Assembly: GCA_041891055.1 (NCBI GenBank)
Contig: CP169074.1
Span: 704,001-768,000, forward strand
Direction of reading: 5' to 3'
Origin: Halorutilales archaeon Cl-col2-1
GTDB taxonomy: Archaea; Halobacteriota; Halobacteria; Halobacteriales; Afararchaeaceae
DNA length: 64,000 nt
Below the pieces are notes generated by a model. It saw nothing but the letters and a program-made list of their open reading frames with translations. It was not told where the DNA came from and did not search any database. Each line of letters opens with the position of its first letter. The stretch's first letter is position 1. Shown in pieces: positions 28,937 to 39,277 of this stretch. The position numbers and the translations under genes were made by a program.

Positions 28937-28959
28937 TGAGTGCCGAGGTCTCATCTTTC
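28937..28959 (+). repeat. att site copy 3 (attR; original sRNA 3' end)
   Basis: TGAGTGCCGAGGTCTCATCTTTC, identical to 13356-13378; core genome resumes at 28966. Confidence 0.9.
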
Positions 28960-28965
28960 CATGTC

Positions 28966-30153
28966 TCACTGATTAGTAGACACTATCTCTATCACGTCGC
29001 GGTGATCTAATACTGTGTCGGCTCCTACCTGTCGGTCGTTGCGGCAGTCGATTCCGTGTAGGAATCCCTCTCCTATGTCCGAATGTAGATGGTAGGCGAA
29101 CTCCTCGGCTGTGGCATCCCCGGGTAGGAGGAAGCAGTCTCGGAAGGGCCCTTTCGTCCAGTCTCCCGAGGCAGAGCCGGGGAAGACCGCCTTGAGTTCG
29201 AGGACATCGAAGACTGCGGTTTCGAGTGATGTCTGTACACCCGTGCCGCCGTACTCGTCGACGAACTCACGTATCTGTTCGAGACCTTGCCTCTTCTTCT
29301 CGGGGAGCTCAGCCGTGATCTCGAAGGAGTCGTCGCCGGGTATGTACTCGACTGCTTTTTGTTCCTTCGCGTTCTTGAGTGCCTTCTCGGCGTGTGCGGA
29401 GACGGGGACGAAGTCGAGATGTTCGTACTCGGGATCGTCGGTGATCTCGTCCCAGTTATCCTGTGCCTCGGGTGTGTCCATCTTGTTCGCAGCTATGACG
29501 GTCGGCTTTGTCCTCTCACGTATCTCACGTGCGACTGTCTTCTTGTCGTCTTCGTCCCACGACAGCGGATCGACTTCGAGACCCACTGATAGTACCGCCC
29601 GTTTCACTCCTGCCGCTGAGATTCCAAACGCCGAGAGCTGTTCGGCGAGTACCTCCTCGGGATCGGGGTTCGACATCTTCTGGCTCTCGTACCTCTCGAT
29701 GCCCTTCTCGAGTATGTCGAGGTACCACGCGTCGAGCTCTTCTTCGAGGAAGTCGATGTCTTGCCTCGGGTCGTGACCCTCTGTGGCTTCGCCCTCGGGA
29801 TCTGTCTTACCCGAGAAGTCGACGACGTGTATCAGAACGTCAGTCTCGTTGAGGTCGGTGAGGAACTGGTTTCCGAGACCCTTTCCCTCGTGTGCCCCGG
29901 GGACGAGACCCGCTATGTCGACGAGTTTCACGGGGACAAAACGCGTGCCATTCTCGCACTTACCGACGGAGGGCTGACACTCCTCGTCGAACTCGGGGGC
30001 GGCACAGTCGGTGCGGACGTAAGCCTCGCCTATACTCGGGTCTATCGTCGTGAAGGGATACGCTCCCTCGGGGACGTCGTTCATCGTCGCGGCGTTGAAG
30101 AAGGTCGACTTGCCGACTGAGGGCTTGCCGACTAATCCGATTCGGTAGCTCAT
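28966..30153 (-). CDS. ychF: Obg-like ATPase YchF
   Basis: GKPSVGKST, YPFTTI, DIAGL, NKMD, TGS domain. Confidence 0.9.
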   Translation of the reverse strand: MSYRIGLVGKPSVGKSTFFNAATMNDVPEGAYPFTTIDPSIGEAYVRTDCAAPEFDEECQPSVGKCENGTRFVPVKLVDIAGLVPGAHEGKGLGNQFLTDLNETDVLIHVVDFSGKTDPEGEATEGHDPRQDIDFLEEELDAWYLDILEKGIERYESQKMSNPDPEEVLAEQLSAFGISAAGVKRAVLSVGLEVDPLSWDEDDKKTVAREIRERTKPTVIAANKMDTPEAQDNWDEITDDPEYEHLDFVPVSAHAEKALKNAKEQKAVEYIPGDDSFEITAELPEKKRQGLEQIREFVDEYGGTGVQTSLETAVFDVLELKAVFPGSASGDWTKGPFRDCFLLPGDATAEEFAYHLHSDIGEGFLHGIDCRNDRQVGADTVLDHRDVIEIVSTNQ

Positions 30154-30260
30154 TAGGTACTCAGAGGTTCCGCGCGCCTAAACAGATTACTACACGGACG
30201 GCGTGTGGGACGCGTTTTCACAGTCCGTAACGGAGTCAGAAAAAGAACGACGACCTCGTC

Positions 30261-30632
30261 TTAGCTCTCCTGTGCGAAGAGGTAGAGCGCGACTACGATG
30301 AAAATGACCTGTGCTATCTTATCAGGAGCCGCGAAGGTCATATTGTTCATGCCAGTCTGAACCCAGCGTACTATCTGGATGAGTGTGAGAAGAGCGGCGA
30401 CGGGGTAGAGGTAACGGTTCCAGTACTTCGTCAGGAACCATCCTATCCCGATGTAGTAACCGACTCCAGCCGCTAAGAAGAGCCTACCCATCATCGCACT
30501 GAACTCCATGGCACCCGGGGCTAGAACCAGATGGATAGTACCCGATATAAAGGCGGTTATCACGGCAACCCATTCGAGGATATTTATCTCGTCGATACGT
30601 AACGCCGGCTGCGACTGGTTGGCCTGTGCCAT
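30261..30632 (-). CDS. 4-TM membrane protein
   Basis: GTIHLVL...DKIAQV pattern; four hydrophobic helices. Confidence 0.7.
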   Translation of the reverse strand: MAQANQSQPALRIDEINILEWVAVITAFISGTIHLVLAPGAMEFSAMMGRLFLAAGVGYYIGIGWFLTKYWNRYLYPVAALLTLIQIVRWVQTGMNNMTFAAPDKIAQVIFIVVALYLFAQES

Positions 30633-30732
30633 ATAACTGAATACATTAGACTCCCTACATATAAAATTAGTCGAGGTTCTAGAGACTTACCACAGTTTAA
30701 CTACACGGTTCTGGGTATCAGACGTATCCCGG

Positions 30733-30885
30733 AAGAAAAATGGCACGTGCTTAGCACTGTGTGGCACAGACGGAGTCCGAACCTTGGCTGGCGGTGCAAG
30801 CAGGTGAATCCGATGGGATCTGGCTGAGACTGGGGGCGTGAATACGAAGGCGACGGTATTCACAACTGTCTCAGCAGTTAGGCTT
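30733..30885. ncRNA. Candidate structured non-coding RNA
   Basis: Intergenic; long stem 30823-30875 plus short hairpins; T-run on the minus strand at 30733-30740. Confidence 0.3.
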
Positions 30886-30943
30886 ATACGTGGTTCTAAC
30901 TTTAGTCTTCGGCAAAATAAATTACAAAATACACCAAACTAAG

Positions 30944-31570
30944 TCACAGACGCGACATAATCTCAGATCGGCAGTCGTCGGCGACTTCGTTGACGGGTCG
31001 TGAGGCATCGACTACGACGAACCGCTCATCGCTAGATGCGATACTCATATAGTTGTCTCTGACCCTCTCTAGGAACTCGGTTCTCTCGTACTTCGCCGTC
31101 GCATGGGTTCTTTCGACCGCTGTCTCGGGATCTACGTCCAGAAGGAGGGTGAGATCGGGATAGACTGTCCAGCCATCGTGTACCGACCGTATCCATTCGA
31201 GGGGAGACTCAACTTTCCCCTGAAGCGAGACAGCCTGGTAGGCGAGACGTGAGTCTACGTATCTGTCGGAGACGACGAGTCTTCCGTCTTCTAGAGCAGG
31301 TTCGACGACAGAGTCGACGTGGTCGGCGTGGTCGGCGACGAATAAGAAGAACTCCGCCATCGGAGAAAGCTTTCTTTCGCCCTCGACAGAAGAGGTAACC
31401 TTCTCTCCTATCCAAGAGTCGGTGGGCTCCCGTGTGAAGACGGCGTCACAAACCTTCGGTTTGTGGGGTGCAGACGTCTCGCGTTTGCAACGTTCTTCGA
31501 AATACTCCGAGAGACGTCCTACGACAGTAGACTTCCCCGAACCGTCTATGCCTTCGATGCTCACGAGCAT
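30944..31570 (-). CDS. tmk: Thymidylate kinase
   Basis: EGIDGSGKST, TREP, DRYVDS..AYQ, PDLT. Confidence 0.93.
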   Translation of the reverse strand: MLVSIEGIDGSGKSTVVGRLSEYFEERCKRETSAPHKPKVCDAVFTREPTDSWIGEKVTSSVEGERKLSPMAEFFLFVADHADHVDSVVEPALEDGRLVVSDRYVDSRLAYQAVSLQGKVESPLEWIRSVHDGWTVYPDLTLLLDVDPETAVERTHATAKYERTEFLERVRDNYMSIASSDERFVVVDASRPVNEVADDCRSEIMSRL

Positions 31571-31607
31571 AGGTAAGAGTCGGCAAGACGTCTAATCGCG
31601 TTTACGG

Positions 31608-32567
31608 TTAAGTCTCGACGTCAGTTTCGGTGTCCGTGTCGGTACGAGTTACGTCCTCGGTCGACGCTTCCTTCCACTCGCCGATCCCTGCGGGGTCGAG
31701 ATGTATATGTACGTCACCGACAGAGTCGAGACTCTTGAGACTCCTGTATATCTCCGACTCTATGTCGTGTGCCTCCCTCAGACTATGGTCGGCGTCTATC
31801 TCGACGTGTGTCTCGACCTCTATCTTCGATCCGACGTAATGTGCGGTGAAGTCGTGTATTCCCCTGACCTCGGGATGGCTCCTAGCCACCTCGGCTATCC
31901 TTTCCTGTTCGTCATCGGGCGGCGCTCTCCCCGCGAGGTAGTCTATGTTCTCGCGCGATATCTCGATCCCCTGACGTACGACGAAGAGGCTGACCAACCC
32001 GCCGACTATGGGGTCGAGTACGGGAAACCCTGCCCATATCCCGGCGACTCCGACGAGAACGACGCCCGAGGTATATATGTCGTTGAGACAGTCCTTCGCG
32101 AGGGCATCGAGACTCGGCGATCCGATCCTCTCGGCAATACGTCTCGTGTACCAGAAGACGAATCCCATGTTGATTAGGGAGAAGATGAGACCCGCGATGA
32201 GAAAGGGGCTGAAGGAAGCATCGACGCCGCCGAGTATCTTGTGGACGTTGTCGTAGAGGAGCAAGCCGCCGAGTGCGACTATCACACCGCCGACGAAGAG
32301 TGCGGTGAGAGGCTCTACACGTTCGTGACCGTGGGGATGGCTCTCGTCTGGCTCCACGAATGAGAGACGTCCCCAGACTAAGACGACGAGGCTTGCGACG
32401 AGGTCGGCGACCGAGTGGGCGGCGTCGGCTACGAGTGCCATACTCCCGAAGAGGAGTCCGACGCTACCTTCGACGAGTATCTTGACGAGGTTACCTCCCA
32501 CGTTGAGATACGACGCCCTCATGAAATCCGACTCGTCGCTCCGGGCGTCGCCGTCGGTCTGGCTCAT
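31608..32567 (-). CDS. Cation diffusion facilitator (FieF-like)
   Basis: ADAAHSVAD, HPHGHERVE, C-terminal HLDP. Confidence 0.9.
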   Translation of the reverse strand: MSQTDGDARSDESDFMRASYLNVGGNLVKILVEGSVGLLFGSMALVADAAHSVADLVASLVVLVWGRLSFVEPDESHPHGHERVEPLTALFVGGVIVALGGLLLYDNVHKILGGVDASFSPFLIAGLIFSLINMGFVFWYTRRIAERIGSPSLDALAKDCLNDIYTSGVVLVGVAGIWAGFPVLDPIVGGLVSLFVVRQGIEISRENIDYLAGRAPPDDEQERIAEVARSHPEVRGIHDFTAHYVGSKIEVETHVEIDADHSLREAHDIESEIYRSLKSLDSVGDVHIHLDPAGIGEWKEASTEDVTRTDTDTETDVET

Positions 32568-32610
32568 AATGAGAAAGTAGAGTCTCTTGTGTAATCCGTC
32601 TTGCGTTAGG

Positions 32611-32958
32611 CTACTCGACCCTGCGCCCCGATCTCTTCCATCCCTTTATGCCACCTTTGAGACTCACGGCGTCGTATCCCTTCTTCGACAGACTCCTCGC
32701 CGTGCCCGCGCTTCTCATTCCCGACCTGCAGTATAATATGACACCCTCTTTCCCTTCGTCTCTCAAGCCGTCGGCTACCTCGTCGACTTCTCGCATCGAG
32801 ACCGTCTCATCGGTTCCTGGTATCTGTTCGTCGGCGTTTCCGCGGACGTCTACGACGTAGTAGTCGCCCGACTCGATCATCTCCTCCGCGTCGTTGGGAT
32901 CTGCGGTCTCGTACCCCTGGAGACCGAGTACCTCCAAGAGCTTAGCTACTAAGACCAT
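32611..32958 (-). CDS. Rhodanese-like domain protein
   Basis: VDVR, YCRSGMRS, LKGGIKGW. Confidence 0.85.
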   Translation of the reverse strand: MVLVAKLLEVLGLQGYETADPNDAEEMIESGDYYVVDVRGNADEQIPGTDETVSMREVDEVADGLRDEGKEGVILYCRSGMRSAGTARSLSKKGYDAVSLKGGIKGWKRSGRRVE

Positions 32959-32964
32959 CCCTCA

Positions 32965-33567
32965 CTACCCCGACGCCTGTCTGACCTGTTCACGGCAGCC
33001 TTCGAGCTTGTCGTGGCGCGGAGGCGAGTAGAGATTTCCCTTATCTTCGTAGACGTAGTCGGCGAAGTCGCCGACGTCCTCAACGCTGAACCAGTAGTTC
33101 CCCGACGACGCCCTCTCGATATGTCCCGTCTCGAACTCGGGCTCTATAATGTCCTGTATAGTCGTCGTGAGACGGTGGGAAGGCGTCGAGAACGAGACAC
33201 CGAGGCTCTTCGTCGACTTCTTGTAACAGATAGTACCGCACGACTCTAGGAGACCCCTGAGCGACTCCCTCTCGTAACCCTTCTTGACGAAGCTCTTGAG
33301 CCTCTGAATGTCGTCGTGGAACTCGTTGTCTGCCTCCGCCGAGACTTCGTAGACACGTTCCTCACCCTCGACGTCCCTGTGGGCGTTCTCGCGCTCCCTC
33401 GTGACCGGAGCAGTCTCGCCTCCGAGTATCCCGGATAGCTTCTCGGCGGTCTCCTTGTGTTTGACCTCGAACTCAATCCCTCCGTCTTCGACACCGCGGC
33501 TTCCGACGGTGTACGCCCAAGCCCACGCGTACTCCCTCTCGGATACCTCTTCTTTCTGAGTGCTCAT
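32965..33567 (-). CDS. Hypothetical protein with degenerate LAGLIDADG-like helix
   Basis: SLRGLLESCGTI motif followed by VSF strand. Confidence 0.55.
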   Translation of the reverse strand: MSTQKEEVSEREYAWAWAYTVGSRGVEDGGIEFEVKHKETAEKLSGILGGETAPVTRERENAHRDVEGEERVYEVSAEADNEFHDDIQRLKSFVKKGYERESLRGLLESCGTICYKKSTKSLGVSFSTPSHRLTTTIQDIIEPEFETGHIERASSGNYWFSVEDVGDFADYVYEDKGNLYSPPRHDKLEGCREQVRQASG

Positions 33568-33591
33568 ACCTCAGACTGATCCCGAGACGAC

Positions 33592-34509
33592 TTAATATTT
33601 AGTAAGTTCGTCTGCCTCTACGTAGATCCTGTTCGCCTCGGGGACTGTCTCCCGTATTAGTGACTCTATCTCGTCGACTGCGGTCTCTATCTCCGAGGTA
33701 TCCATCGAGTCGCGGAACTCTACCTCGACGGTGACTAGAACGTCGTCAACCCCCATGTACATCGTCCTGAAATCGACGACCCCAACGATGTCATCGTGTG
33801 TCTCTAACTCTCCGAGTATCTCATCCCTCTCGGAAGACGTGATACCTTCGCCAACTATCAGACCTCTGTTCTCCCACGCGAGTACCGCCGCGAATCCCAT
33901 GAGGAGGAGTCCTATCACGATGCTCGAAGCCGCGTCGTAGAAGACGTTCCGTGTCACTTCGGTGAGGTAGACTCCGGCGAGAGCCACGATTAGTCCGAGT
34001 ATTGCGACGGTATCCTCGGTGAGTGCCGTGATGAGTGTCGCGTCCTTAGTCTGTGTATAAGCCTGGAGAGCGGAGTCGTATCCCTTCTCCTTCATCTCCC
34101 GTCTAAATCCCTTGTAGGCGTTCTGGAGTGCGTAAGCCTCGAAGACGAGTGCGAGTCCGAGAACGACGTAGTTGATCAGGACGTCCGCCTCGTGGTAAGA
34201 CTCGCCGAGTCGGTGAATTCCCTCCATTAGTGACGAGTAGCCCGCGACCCCGAAGAGGACAACCGAGACGACGAAGGCATAGAAGTACTGTTCCTTTCCC
34301 CTGCCGAAAGGGTACTCGGGCGACGTCCCCCTCTCACTCATACGTATTCCGAGGAGTAAGAGAACCTGGTTACCCGTGTCGCTCACCGAGTGGTACGCCT
34401 CCGAGAGCATGCTCGAACTTCCCGTAACCGTCCACGCGCCGAACTTCGCAACGGCTATCAGGAAGTTGGCTACGAGAGCGGCGTATACTACTTTCTTTGT
34501 GGATGCCAC
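33592..34509 (-). CDS. Cation diffusion facilitator (ZnT9-like)
   Basis: SEAYHSVSDTGNQ, YPFGRGKE, TED motifs. Confidence 0.9.
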   Translation of the reverse strand: MASTKKVVYAALVANFLIAVAKFGAWTVTGSSSMLSEAYHSVSDTGNQVLLLLGIRMSERGTSPEYPFGRGKEQYFYAFVVSVVLFGVAGYSSLMEGIHRLGESYHEADVLINYVVLGLALVFEAYALQNAYKGFRREMKEKGYDSALQAYTQTKDATLITALTEDTVAILGLIVALAGVYLTEVTRNVFYDAASSIVIGLLLMGFAAVLAWENRGLIVGEGITSSERDEILGELETHDDIVGVVDFRTMYMGVDDVLVTVEVEFRDSMDTSEIETAVDEIESLIRETVPEANRIYVEADELTKY

Positions 34510-34581
34510 GTCCCTGTGTCAACGACCAAACCCAAAACGTTTTCGAGTCCCCGCGTACGCATTAAGGAAACACAGACTACT

Positions 34582-35124
34582 ATGTTCGAGTCGATCCTCC
34601 CGACAGTCGTAACGGCCATCTGGCTGATGCTTCCCGCCTACATACCTAACAACGCTGCCGTAGTCTTCGGGGGAGGACGCCGTATAGACGCAGGGAGAGA
34701 GTGGAAGGGAAGACGCGTACTCGGAGACGGAAAGACGTGGAGAGGGAGTTTGGGCGGCTTTGTCTCGGGCTTCGTTTTGGCTCTCGTTCTTAACTTCGTC
34801 ACTCTCTCACTCCCGGGACTGAGTCTCCCGGGTTTCAGTCACGGAGCGGCTATCTCACTTCCCCTCGGCGCGGTTCTTGGGGATATTGGAGCTAGCTTCG
34901 TCAAGAGACGTCTCGGACGTGAGAGGGGTGAGTCATTTCCCCTCCTCGACCAGCTAGACTTCGTCGTAGGAGCGTGGGGACTAACAGCCGTCATCGACAC
35001 TGACTGGTTCCTGAGGCTCTTCACATCCGAGATCATCATAGCAGTTCTTATAATTACTCCTCTTCTCCATCTTACGGTAAACGTAGTCGGCTACAAAATG
35101 GGTGTCAAGAACGAACCATGGTAA
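34582..35124 (+). CDS. carS: CDP-archaeol synthase
   Basis: [36 protein letters not shown]. Confidence 0.93.
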   Translation: MFESILPTVVTAIWLMLPAYIPNNAAVVFGGGRRIDAGREWKGRRVLGDGKTWRGSLGGFVSGFVLALVLNFVTLSLPGLSLPGFSHGAAISLPLGAVLGDIGASFVKRRLGRERGESFPLLDQLDFVVGAWGLTAVIDTDWFLRLFTSEIIIAVLIITPLLHLTVNVVGYKMGVKNEPW

Positions 35125-35699
35125 GTAATAACACGGAAGACACAGAACCGAAGAAAAGTCTAGTAGACGCACTCCGCGAGTCAGAGGCGGTTCTCTACGG
35201 AGAGTTCGAGCTTTCGAGCGGGAGGACGAGCGACTACTACATAGACAAGTACGTCTTCGAGACAGATCCCGAGGTACTCGACCTCGTCGGCGAGGAGATC
35301 GCACGTAAACTCGGAGAGATGGGGGCGAGCAAGATCGCTGGCGTCGCACTTGGAGCGGTTCCTCTCGCTGCGGTAGCTAGCGTCAAGTCGGGTCTCCCGT
35401 ACGTCATAGCGAGGAAGGAGGCTAAGGAGTACGGCACATCGAACCAGATAGAGGGAGATCTCGAAGACGGCGAGGAAGTCGTCGTAGTCGAGGACATAGT
35501 CACGACTGGTGGGAGTGCTATAGACGCAGTCGAGACTCTCAGAGAGGCGGGTGCCGAGGTCAACGATGTCGTCGTAGTCGTCGACAGACAGGAGGGAGGA
35601 AAGGAAGAGATTGAGTCACACGGTCTGAGACTTCATTCGCTCCTCACCGCCGACGACATACTCGAAGCCGAATCAGAAGGAGACAGAGATGACGAGTAA
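35118..35699 (+). CDS. pyrE: Orotate phosphoribosyltransferase
   Basis: [30 protein letters not shown]. Confidence 0.95.
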   Translation: MVSNNTEDTEPKKSLVDALRESEAVLYGEFELSSGRTSDYYIDKYVFETDPEVLDLVGEEIARKLGEMGASKIAGVALGAVPLAAVASVKSGLPYVIARKEAKEYGTSNQIEGDLEDGEEVVVVEDIVTTGGSAIDAVETLREAGAEVNDVVVVVDRQEGGKEEIESHGLRLHSLLTADDILEAESEGDRDDE

Positions 35700-36459
35700 G
35701 TTCGAGACTGTACGCAAATTAGTCGAGGACGACGACGAGATAGAGGGCTACCTCGAGGCGCAGAACACGACAGCGGTCAAGCGCCTCGGCTACAACGATC
35801 ACGGCAAGAAACACATAGGAATAGTCCAGGAGAGGACTCTTGATCTAATCCGACTACTCGCGGGGGAAGAGTCAGAGGACGAAGTCGACCTCGGCGTCGA
35901 GGAACACGGGAAGGGTCTGGGGTATGAGGACGCGAAGATCGTTGTATACCTCGCCGCGACACTCCACGACGTTGGACACGTCGTCCACCGTGACAGACAT
36001 CCCTACTACTCCGTGGATCTCGCCGACGGGATAATCGACAGCGTACTCGACGAAGCTGACGTCTACTCGGAGAAGCAGAAGATAGCGGTCAAGGGCGACG
36101 TCCTCCACGCGATACTCTGCCACCACACAGAGGAGTCACCCCTCACAGCTGAGGCGGGTATAGTCAGGGTCGCTGACGCCCTCGACATGGAGATGGGGAG
36201 GTCTCGTCTGCCTTACGAGAAGGGAAGACGAGGTATCGACACCGTGTCGTCACAGGCTGTGAAGGAGGTACGTCTTCTCGACGGAAGAGACGAACACGGC
36301 GTTCCCGTGTTGATAGAGATCGACCTTCGAAACTCTGCGGGGATATACCAGGTCGACTCACTCCTGAGGGCGAAGGTCGAGGACAGCGGGATCAAGAGCC
36401 AGATACGTATAGTAGCCGTGAACGAGGGCGACGACATAGTCGGAAAGATAGAGTTCTAA
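35689..36459 (+). CDS. HD-domain phosphohydrolase
   Basis: YNDHG..H, LHDVGH, ADALD. Confidence 0.85.
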   Translation: MTSKFETVRKLVEDDDEIEGYLEAQNTTAVKRLGYNDHGKKHIGIVQERTLDLIRLLAGEESEDEVDLGVEEHGKGLGYEDAKIVVYLAATLHDVGHVVHRDRHPYYSVDLADGIIDSVLDEADVYSEKQKIAVKGDVLHAILCHHTEESPLTAEAGIVRVADALDMEMGRSRLPYEKGRRGIDTVSSQAVKEVRLLDGRDEHGVPVLIEIDLRNSAGIYQVDSLLRAKVEDSGIKSQIRIVAVNEGDDIVGKIEF

Positions 36460-36488
36460 GAGAACGACTAACAACAGAGACAAGACAG

Positions 36489-38558
36489 ATGATACTCTCA
36501 GACCGCGACATACGTAAGAGACTCGAAGAAGGCGATCTATCCATAGAGCCGCTCGAAGACCCCGACCTTCAGATACAGCCAGCGAGCGTCGACATGCGCC
36601 TCGGGAACGAGTTCCTCGAGTTCCAGCGCTCGAACATACCGTGTATACATCCCCAGAGCGAGGAGGAGACCGACGCCTATACTCGGAGGAAGGTCGTCGA
36701 AGACGGCGATTCGTACATACTCCATCCGGGTGACTTTGTCCTCGGGACGACCTACGAGAGGGTCGAGATACCCGACGACCTCGTCGCACGTGTCGAGGGT
36801 CGTTCGAGTCTGGGGAGGCTTGCAGTCGTAGTACACGCCTCGCTACCTTACGACGAGGAGGTGTTGATCTGGACACCCGACGACGGGTTCGGATTCCACG
36901 AGATAGGCGAAGTCGTCGAAGACGAGAAAGAAGCACGCGCGGTCTCGTTCGACCCCGAGAATCTGAGGGTCAGTACCCACGAGATCACCGACTACATAAC
37001 CAACCCCAGAAAGGATATATACCGCGTGAGACTTGAATCCGGACGTGAGGTCAGGGTAACAGAGGATCACAACCTCTTCACGCTCGACTCAGAGGGTAAG
37101 GTCGACAGGATAGAAACCGAAGACGCCGAGGGTGAACTCGTGGCAGTCCCTCATAAGCTTCCCGAGCCCGTAGTCGATGAGACCGAAGTCGACCTCGTGG
37201 AGCTTCTCGACGGCTCTGAGGACATAATCGCGTACGCATCCGACGGCAAAGGCAGAGGCAAAGGCAAGAATCAAGGATTTACGGATGTCGACTGGGAGGG
37301 CATCGGACGGTCTACGAGACGCCATTACGAGGGACGTAACAGCGCGCCCCTGAGAAGGGTTAGCCCTGCCGAAGCGCGTGACTCCGACGTAGATCTGTGC
37401 TTCAAACAGAGTGACTTCAAGCTACCCGACACAGTACCCGTGACAGCCGAGTTCGGCTGGGTTCTCGGCTTCTACATAGCTGAGGGGTACGCGAGGAGAA
37501 AACACGTCGTCTTCACCAACAAGAACGAGGAATACCTCGACAGGGTCGAGTCATGGTTCGAGGAGTACGGCACGACTATCTCACGGAACTGTGACGACAG
37601 GGGTGTACGACAGCTTACGGTATCCTCGGCTCTCTGGTCAGAGATCTTCCGACGTCTCGCCGACGAAGGCAGCGACAAGAACATACCAGACGAAGCCTGG
37701 AACTGGTCCGACGATGTACTCGAATCCCTTCTCGAAGGTCTGATTGACGGAGACGGACACAGACGTGAATCGCGGGAGACCTTCTACACCTTTAACGAGG
37801 ATCTCGCGTACAACGTCGTCCACCTCGCGTCACGTCTCGGAAAACTGTCTTCTGTCTACTCAAGAGAGCGCGAGACGGGAACAGAATGGAACGTCGACGT
37901 CTCCGAAGACGCTCACAAGAAGGGGCAGTACGTTCCAAACGTCGACGGACTTCTGAGAGAGTACAGACATGAAGCCGGTATGGGTATGAAAGAGGTAGCC
38001 GAGAAGGTAGGCTGGTCGTCGAAGTCGAGCGTGTCGAACCTCGAAAACTGTGAGTACAGCTCCGTGAAACGTGGGACTCTCCGGAAGCTACGCGAGGTAT
38101 ACGCCGACGAGGATGTCGAGACACGACGTTTAGACAGTATACTCGACGGCGGAGTCAGGTTCGAACGCGTCGAGTCGGTCGAGAAAACCGGCGATCGCGA
38201 GGTTACTTACGACCTCGAAGTACAGCCCAACGGAAGGTGTATCGAGAACTTCATCGGCGGACGCGGAGGTGTCTTCCTGTCGAACACAGCCGGCTTCATA
38301 GATCCGGGTTACGAGGGACAGATCACCCTAGAGCTCTCGAACCTCGGAACCGCGCCTGTCGCTCTACGTCCGAAGGAGATGCGTATCTCACAGGTCGTAT
38401 TCACCGAACTCTCGTCACGTGCGGAGCTTCCGTACGGAGAGGAGAGAGGCTCGAAGTACCAGAACCAGGAGGGTCCGACCGCGAGCCGTATACAGAGCGA
38501 CGCCGAGTGGGAGACGGAGTCGGACGAAGGTACCGAGGTCGACGACGACGAACGATAG
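36489..38558 (+). CDS. dcd: dCTP deaminase containing an intein
   Basis: [17 protein letters not shown]|[16 protein letters not shown] motifs flanking a 482-aa insert. Confidence 0.93.
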   Translation: MILSDRDIRKRLEEGDLSIEPLEDPDLQIQPASVDMRLGNEFLEFQRSNIPCIHPQSEEETDAYTRRKVVEDGDSYILHPGDFVLGTTYERVEIPDDLVARVEGRSSLGRLAVVVHASLPYDEEVLIWTPDDGFGFHEIGEVVEDEKEARAVSFDPENLRVSTHEITDYITNPRKDIYRVRLESGREVRVTEDHNLFTLDSEGKVDRIETEDAEGELVAVPHKLPEPVVDETEVDLVELLDGSEDIIAYASDGKGRGKGKNQGFTDVDWEGIGRSTRRHYEGRNSAPLRRVSPAEARDSDVDLCFKQSDFKLPDTVPVTAEFGWVLGFYIAEGYARRKHVVFTNKNEEYLDRVESWFEEYGTTISRNCDDRGVRQLTVSSALWSEIFRRLADEGSDKNIPDEAWNWSDDVLESLLEGLIDGDGHRRESRETFYTFNEDLAYNVVHLASRLGKLSSVYSRERETGTEWNVDVSEDAHKKGQYVPNVDGLLREYRHEAGMGMKEVAEKVGWSSKSSVSNLENCEYSSVKRGTLRKLREVYADEDVETRRLDSILDGGVRFERVESVEKTGDREVTYDLEVQPNGRCIENFIGGRGGVFLSNTAGFIDPGYEGQITLELSNLGTAPVALRPKEMRISQVVFTELSSRAELPYGEERGSKYQNQEGPTASRIQSDAEWETESDEGTEVDDDER
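36840..38285 (+). mobile_element. Intein in dcd (Ser start, Asn end, LAGLIDADG HEN + HTH)
   Basis: SLPYDE start, VTEDH block B, GFYIAEG and GLIDGDG motifs, TYDLEV block F, FLSN|T end. Confidence 0.9.
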
Positions 38559-38589
38559 TATAATTTGGCTCCGCGTCCTACCCATACAT

Positions 38590-38886
38590 ATGACTGAAGT
38601 TAGGTGGGAAGACGTTCTTGAGCTTCCTGACGAGGTCGACGACGAGACAGCCGAGGAGCTATACGAGGAGGCTGACACGAAGCAGGATATGATGGGGGAG
38701 ACGTGTCCGTATCCTCAGCTTGAGGCGAAGAAGGCTGTCGACGAGATGGAGGAAGGAGAGCTTCTCGTCCAGGAGACCGACCATGTCCCGAGCGCCGAGA
38801 ACGTCCCGAACGCAGTTGAGGACGACGCCGAGGCAAAAGTCTGGAGCGACGGCGGAACCTACAGGATATTCCTCTGGAAGAAGTAA
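38590..38886 (+). CDS. TusA-family sulfur carrier
   Basis: DMMGETCPYP and DH.PS..NVP motifs. Confidence 0.85.
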   Translation: MTEVRWEDVLELPDEVDDETAEELYEEADTKQDMMGETCPYPQLEAKKAVDEMEEGELLVQETDHVPSAENVPNAVEDDAEAKVWSDGGTYRIFLWKK

Positions 38887-38888
38887 GT

Positions 38889-39209
38889 ATGGTAGAACAG
38901 ATCACCACCGACGAGCTTCACGACAGGATAGAGTCGGGAGAGAAGCCACAGATAATAGACATACGTTCGGAGGAAGAGTACGAAAAGGGACATATCCCCG
39001 ACGCGGAGAACATACCTCTTGACGACCTTCCTCTCAAGATAGGCGAACAGGACTGGGACGACGACGTCGTAGTCGTCTGTAAGATAGGCGAAAGCTCCGT
39101 ACAGGGAGCGCGTCTCATAAAGGCGTACGAAGGGGTTAGTGACGACGCCGAAGTCGCGAGTATGGAGGGCGGAATGGAGGACTGGGAGTACGAGACTGAG
39201 TCTGAGTAG
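38889..39209 (+). CDS. Rhodanese-like domain protein
   Basis: IDIR, GHIP, CKIGESS, MEGGMEDW. Confidence 0.85.
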   Translation: MVEQITTDELHDRIESGEKPQIIDIRSEEEYEKGHIPDAENIPLDDLPLKIGEQDWDDDVVVVCKIGESSVQGARLIKAYEGVSDDAEVASMEGGMEDWEYETESE

Positions 39210-39277
39210 CCTGTCTTGTCTTGATTTCTGACCCGAAGAACTCAAGTGGAGGACGGCGGTAGAGTATCCAGGAACCA

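Larger units (their letters stand above)
13356..28959. mobile_element. Integrated element B (defence island)
   Basis: Bounded by 23-bp direct repeats; carries restriction-type nucleases and a nested transposon; no intact integrase. Confidence 0.8.

Noticed and set aside
30820-30880. Possible TPP riboswitch (GCTGAGA motif)
   Set aside because: Lacks the downstream ACCTGA and AGCG-x-GGGA elements; the GCTGAGAC is instead part of a perfect stem.
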